Source: an uncultured delta proteobacterium (GTDB taxonomy: Bacteria > Desulfobacterota > Desulfomonilia > UBA1062). Taken from it: DNA of 64,000 nucleotides. Location of the stretch: assembly GCA_963798485.1 (NCBI GenBank), contig CAWCTR010000014.1:256001-320000 (forward strand), written 5' to 3'. Position 1 is the stretch's first letter, and every line of letters begins with the position of its first letter. Under the pieces are notes generated by a model. That model had not been told where the DNA came from, ran no database searches, and saw only the letters and a list, made by a program, of their open reading frames with translations. A program made the translations under genes and the position numbers. Shown here in pieces: positions 61,714-64,000 of this stretch.

Positions 61714-62418
61714 ATGAAAAGCGCACTGCTGTTTTTTATTGTCTTTTTGCTCCCATTTTCCGCCTGGGCAATGACCCCTGTCTCTGATTCCGAGCTCTCA
61801 AATGTCACTGGTCAGGCAGGTGTAAGTATCAACCCCGATCTGACCATGGACATAAATATCGGCACAATAGCTTGGGGAGATTCTGATGGTCTTGGTTCAA
61901 ACAACATCTGGGGAGAGAAAACTAATGGTGGTTATTTCGGAGTAACGAATTTCAACATCACCAATCTCCAGATCAAGCTTCGTGATAATGACAGTTATAA
62001 CGGATACAATTCTCTTATGATGAAGCCGATTACTATCGACGTAGCAACTGTTGGATCTTCTGCCCTTGATGTGTACACGACACCCAGCGCAGGTCCAGCT
62101 CCTATCGGCGGTATTCTGACAGAATCCATTCCCCCCAACACGACATTTGTCCGCATCGGTCTAGGTGCTCTCAAGATCAGCACGGACCAGATGCAATTTG
62201 CTGTTGCACTAGGACCCTATGTAGATACCAGTACCGGTGATACTCCGGTTTTAAAACAGGTTCTAGGAGTTGCTACTTTGGGTCCAATGGATGTGTACGT
62301 TAACCCACAAAGTTATGTTGATGTCTACTCACCACATGCCAGTCATGGGGTTGTCTTTGATGTGAAGGTGACTCTTGACCATGTTAGTATCCCTTATATG
62401 TCATGGGGTGGACATTAA
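61714..62418 (+). CDS. DUF6160/FilA-like secreted beta-rich protein
   Basis: Signal peptide followed by AMTPVSDSELSNVTGQAGVSI signature, WGDSDG motif. Confidence 0.75.
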   Translation: MKSALLFFIVFLLPFSAWAMTPVSDSELSNVTGQAGVSINPDLTMDINIGTIAWGDSDGLGSNNIWGEKTNGGYFGVTNFNITNLQIKLRDNDSYNGYNSLMMKPITIDVATVGSSALDVYTTPSAGPAPIGGILTESIPPNTTFVRIGLGALKISTDQMQFAVALGPYVDTSTGDTPVLKQVLGVATLGPMDVYVNPQSYVDVYSPHASHGVVFDVKVTLDHVSIPYMSWGGH

Positions 62419-62491
62419 GTATAAGATGGATACCTTTAATTATCCGATAGCAGAGATAACTCCCGAGACTGTCGCCCATTAAAAGGTTCTG

Positions 62492-62944
62492 TCAATGAGA
62501 AAATGATGCTTTCAAAGCCACCTTGTCCTGAATAATGGCTTGGAGAGTCTTCCTGGAGCAATCAGGGGCAATCTGGTTATACACCTTCCCCTGCCTTTTC
62601 AGAACTCCAAAAACCAGGATCTTGCCCCCGGCTCCCCTTCCTCGTATCCCTCGAACTCTCCTCGCTCCAAAGTATGCTTCATCCACCTCAATCTCACCAG
62701 AAAAGGGCGACTGACTTTCACAGAATTCCGCCAGTCTCTTTCTCGGCGCTTTGAGAATATGGTTGACGCTGTTCCTGCTCACACCAGTAAGTTCTGCAAC
62801 TCTTGTGGCCTCAAGATCCATGGCAAAATACCTTATGATCTGCCTAAAATTCCTCTCACAAATGTGCGAACAATGACAATACTTGTTAACCCTGTTCATA
62901 AGCCAACTTATAGCACCTTTCATGTGCTAAAGTTATCATGAACC
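62492..62944 (-). mobile_element. Truncated IS1595 family element (transposase 62492..62923)
   Basis: HTH plus FSGEIEVDEAYFG..RGIRGRGAGGKILVFG.LKR; stops before the rest of the DDE domain; GGTTC-starting end near 62944. Confidence 0.8.
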
Positions 62945-63015
62945 TTGATTTATTGGGGAAAGAACTGATATTATAAATCTATATTAGGTTAATAAATTGT
63001 GATTTAGGAGATACT

Positions 63016-64000
63016 ATGGATGATAACACCTCATTTACAGAGATCGGCCAGCATGCTCAAAAAAAAGCAACATTATATCAATTGATAATCATCTGTGTGC
63101 TGCTTGCAGTTGTGATATTGACATTATATTGGCGTGTAAAGGGCTTCGATTTCATAGGTTGTGATGACCCAGTTTATGTTGCAGATAATTTGCATGTAAA
63201 AGACGGGCTATCGCTTGAAGGCTTAAAATGGGCTTTCCATCTAACAAGAGCAGGAGATGTAAGTTATTATCATCCATTAACCTGGCTTTCTCTCATGGTG
63301 GATTATGAGCTTTTTGGCCCTAAAGCAGGAATGTACCATCTGATTAATGTTCTTTATCATGTTCTGAACACAATATTACTTTTTATTGCATTACGGCTGT
63401 TCACAGGTTCCACATCGAAAAGCGCTTTTGTGTCAATGTTATTTGCAATTCATCCCATAAATGTTGAATCGGTAGCATGGATTGCAGAGAGAAAAAATCT
63501 CCTCAGTACTTTTTTTTGGATGCTGACATTACTTCTCTATTATTATTATTTTAAGAAACCATCTCTCGAAAGATATCTTATTGTATTTTTAATATTTATT
63601 CTTGGCCTCTTGTCTAAACCAATGCTCGTCACACTCCCCTTTGTATTACTACTTCTAGATTTTTGGCCAATGAATAGAATCCGTTTAGTTGGTGAAAATA
63701 TAACAGATATCTCTAAATCCATCCTAAATATGAATAACGCGAAATTGATAGTAGAGAAAGTGCCTTTGATAATACTTTCTGCTGTAATGATTGTATATAG
63801 TTCAAGGTCAATGTCAAATATTGGTTCATACATATCGATAAAAGCAGTTCCTATGAACCTCAGAATTAAAAATGCGATCGTATCATACATTCTCTATATC
63901 GAGAAAATGTTCTGGCCGGATAACCTGACCTTTTTTTATCGATTTCCTAATGAAGTACCACTGTGGGAGGTCGTGGGGGCCTTAATCTTTATCTTAATCA
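63016..64000 (+). CDS. TMTC-like GT-C glycosyltransferase (paralog 5, runs off window edge)
   Basis: Not in the ORF track; AGGAG + ATG 63016; FDFIGCDDPVYV, YHPLTWLS, HPINVESVAWIAERKNLLS, SKPMLVTLP. Confidence 0.88.
   Translation, partial: MDDNTSFTEIGQHAQKKATLYQLIIICVLLAVVILTLYWRVKGFDFIGCDDPVYVADNLHVKDGLSLEGLKWAFHLTRAGDVSYYHPLTWLSLMVDYELFGPKAGMYHLINVLYHVLNTILLFIALRLFTGSTSKSAFVSMLFAIHPINVESVAWIAERKNLLSTFFWMLTLLLYYYYFKKPSLERYLIVFLIFILGLLSKPMLVTLPFVLLLLDFWPMNRIRLVGENITDISKSILNMNNAKLIVEKVPLIILSAVMIVYSSRSMSNIGSYISIKAVPMNLRIKNAIVSYILYIEKMFWPDNLTFFYRFPNEVPLWEVVGALIFILI

Noticed and set aside
63059-63066. A8 tract early in TMTC paralog 5 as a phase-variation site
   Set aside because: Short, in frame and unremarkable in AT-rich DNA; no comparable tracts noted in the other paralogs
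63546-63890. 114-aa minus-strand ORF
   Set aside because: Antisense to TMTC-like paralog 5, which the track missed because it runs off the window
1-64000. CRISPR array, rRNA, tRNA, prophage
   Set aside because: No regularly spaced short repeats, RNA gene signatures or phage genes recognised by eye; tRNAscan/Rfam not run

Overview
64-kb window from an anaerobic Gram-negative bacterium, most consistent with Desulfobacterota/deltaproteobacteria of syntrophic or fermentative type (inferred from gene content). The left ~41 kb is energy and housekeeping metabolism: pta/ptb-ackA, DegP and M16 proteases, a CdaA-YbbR diadenylate cyclase fusion, a group 3b-type and a Hox (group 3d)-type [NiFe]-hydrogenase operon (the Hox operon has no hoxF/hoxE), SatP, HydF-AspA, a VapBC pair, EtfB-EtfA(ferredoxin)-DUF224/EMO and an ADP-forming acyl-CoA ligase alpha subunit. 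The right ~22 kb is an increasingly AT-rich surface-glycosylation locus. It carries five paralogous TMTC-like (GT-C membrane domain + TPR) genes, a gmd-fcl-(methyltransferase/GT2)-methyltransferase operon, a flippase-like gene, another GT-C enzyme, a lipoprotein gene duplicated as a ~645-bp direct repeat, secreted beta-rich proteins (DUF6160-like, Ig-like lipoprotein) and three IS remnants. The best candidate for an undescribed system is a bacterial TMTC-type protein O-glycosylation pathway using a lipid-linked, possibly methylated fucose donor. A second candidate is a signal-peptide/RPPP arrest-peptide leader with an alternative RNA pairing switch. I recognised no rRNA, tRNA or CRISPR array. 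All family calls come from motif recognition by eye; no searches were run.
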